Origin: Cyanidioschyzon merolae | Taxonomy: Eukaryota | NCBI GenBank assembly: GCA_000091205.1 | Contig: AP006500.2 | Strand: one strand, 5' to 3' | DNA: 64,000 nucleotides | Shown: positions 63,514 through 64,000 of the stretch, piece by piece | How positions within the stretch are numbered: the first letter of the stretch is position 1 | Layout of the letters: each line of letters opens with the position of its first letter | Made by a program: the position numbers and the translations under genes | Notes under the pieces: model-generated | Told to the model about the DNA's origin: nothing | Databases searched by the model: none | Seen by the model: only the letters and a program-made list of their open reading frames with translations

Positions 63514-64000
63514 ATGCAAGCGCTGCAGCAGCTTACATGGGGTTTCGAGCATCGACAGGCAGATGTCGTAGAACATGCGCTCGAACAACTCTTCAATGAC
63601 GCTCAATCGAGCCAACAAGCAGCCCTGATTCTGGATCAAAATCGTAGCAACAACTGGGCGACGCTGGTATGGCACTGGAGTCGTGCTGCAACGACCTGGC
63701 ACACTGTGGCGCGTTCGGACGCTTCAGTTGCACAGATTTTTCAAGAGCTGAAGAACGCTTTATCAAGTCTCTATGACGAAATGCGCAACGAGAACAGCGG
63801 CAACTGGTTTGTCCCTATTGCAGCGCTGCTCTGCCGATACCTCGTCCAGTGCGCTGCTCGCGTCCAGGTGGAGCGCTCGGACCCGCTGCGCACGGATCGC
63901 GACCGTAGAGCGCGTCTCGCTGAGGCAGAAACAATCATTAAAAGAGGGTTGGCACTCATGATCAATGACAGAAGTGCAGAGATATCGGAGTCGAAGAAGC
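63514..64000 (+). CDS. Hypothetical protein, partial. The ORF runs off the right window edge and has 162+ codons.
   Basis: The ATG is at 63514 after an in-frame stop at 63496. Translation MQALQQLTWGFEHRQADVVEHALEQLFNDAQSSQQAALILDQNRSNNWATLVWHW...NWFVPIAALLCRYLVQCAARVQVERSDPLRTDRDRRARLAEAETIIKRGLALMINDRS has balanced, protein-like composition. I could not assign a fold with confidence. Confidence 0.4.
   Translation, partial: MQALQQLTWGFEHRQADVVEHALEQLFNDAQSSQQAALILDQNRSNNWATLVWHWSRAATTWHTVARSDASVAQIFQELKNALSSLYDEMRNENSGNWFVPIAALLCRYLVQCAARVQVERSDPLRTDRDRRARLAEAETIIKRGLALMINDRSAEISESKK

Noticed and set aside
1-64000. A prokaryotic or kinetoplastid-style polycistronic interpretation, prompted by the high GC and long intronless ORFs.
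   Set aside because: Genes alternate strands one by one. The products (RFC1, beta-adaptin, Pumilio, DNMT3, PPP1R11, PPR) are eukaryotic. The large repeat-rich spacers are unlike bacterial operons or trypanosomatid gene clusters.

Overview
This window is nuclear DNA from a GC-rich (~58-60%), intron-poor eukaryote, most likely a plastid-bearing protist or alga. It is not a prokaryotic locus. Most genes sit in single uninterrupted ORFs, alternate strands and are separated by 0.5-3 kb spacers carrying microsatellites and tandem arrays.

Confidently recognised genes:
- an AP-complex beta-adaptin, truncated at the window start
- a bacterial-type NusG-like protein with a SAP tail, probably organelle-targeted
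- a DNMT3-like cytosine-5 DNA methyltransferase with PHD/ADD fingers
- a 1355-aa CCCH zinc-finger protein with a C-terminal membrane domain
- RFC1, the replication factor C large subunit
- an RseP/S2P-type M50 metalloprotease
- a WD40 protein
- an R-SNARE-like coiled-coil protein
- myo-inositol-1-phosphate synthase
- a Pumilio/PUF protein
- a YqaJ-type PD-(D/E)XK exonuclease
- a carbonyl-reductase-type SDR
- a PPR-like protein
- a tiny PPP1R11/Ypi1 homologue
- a partial ORF at the right edge

The main discovery is a family of five decayed TnpB/Fanzor-like relics (OMEGA-type RuvC nuclease). Each marks a ~1.4 kb element. The best-preserved copy (61.7-62.7 kb) still reads V.V.P.Y..(C..C)...FHLC...RDENAAINIL but carries an in-frame stop. 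Two of the five are a ~98% identical, 1.39 kb inverted pair at 29221-30610 and 52368-53756. That pair brackets a 21.8 kb segment holding MIPS, Pumilio, the YqaJ gene and a 3.4 kb direct duplication.

Other repeat structure: the 3.4 kb direct duplication carries poly-His microsatellites and a 78-bp minisatellite of variable copy number. There are palindrome-containing tandem arrays just upstream of two genes, a ~730 bp satellite with higher-order structure, and a small MITE-like inverted repeat. I found no rRNA, tRNA or CRISPR.

The supplied ORF track omits ORFs that run off the window edges and uses alternative start codons, so I checked edge genes and short conserved ORFs by hand.
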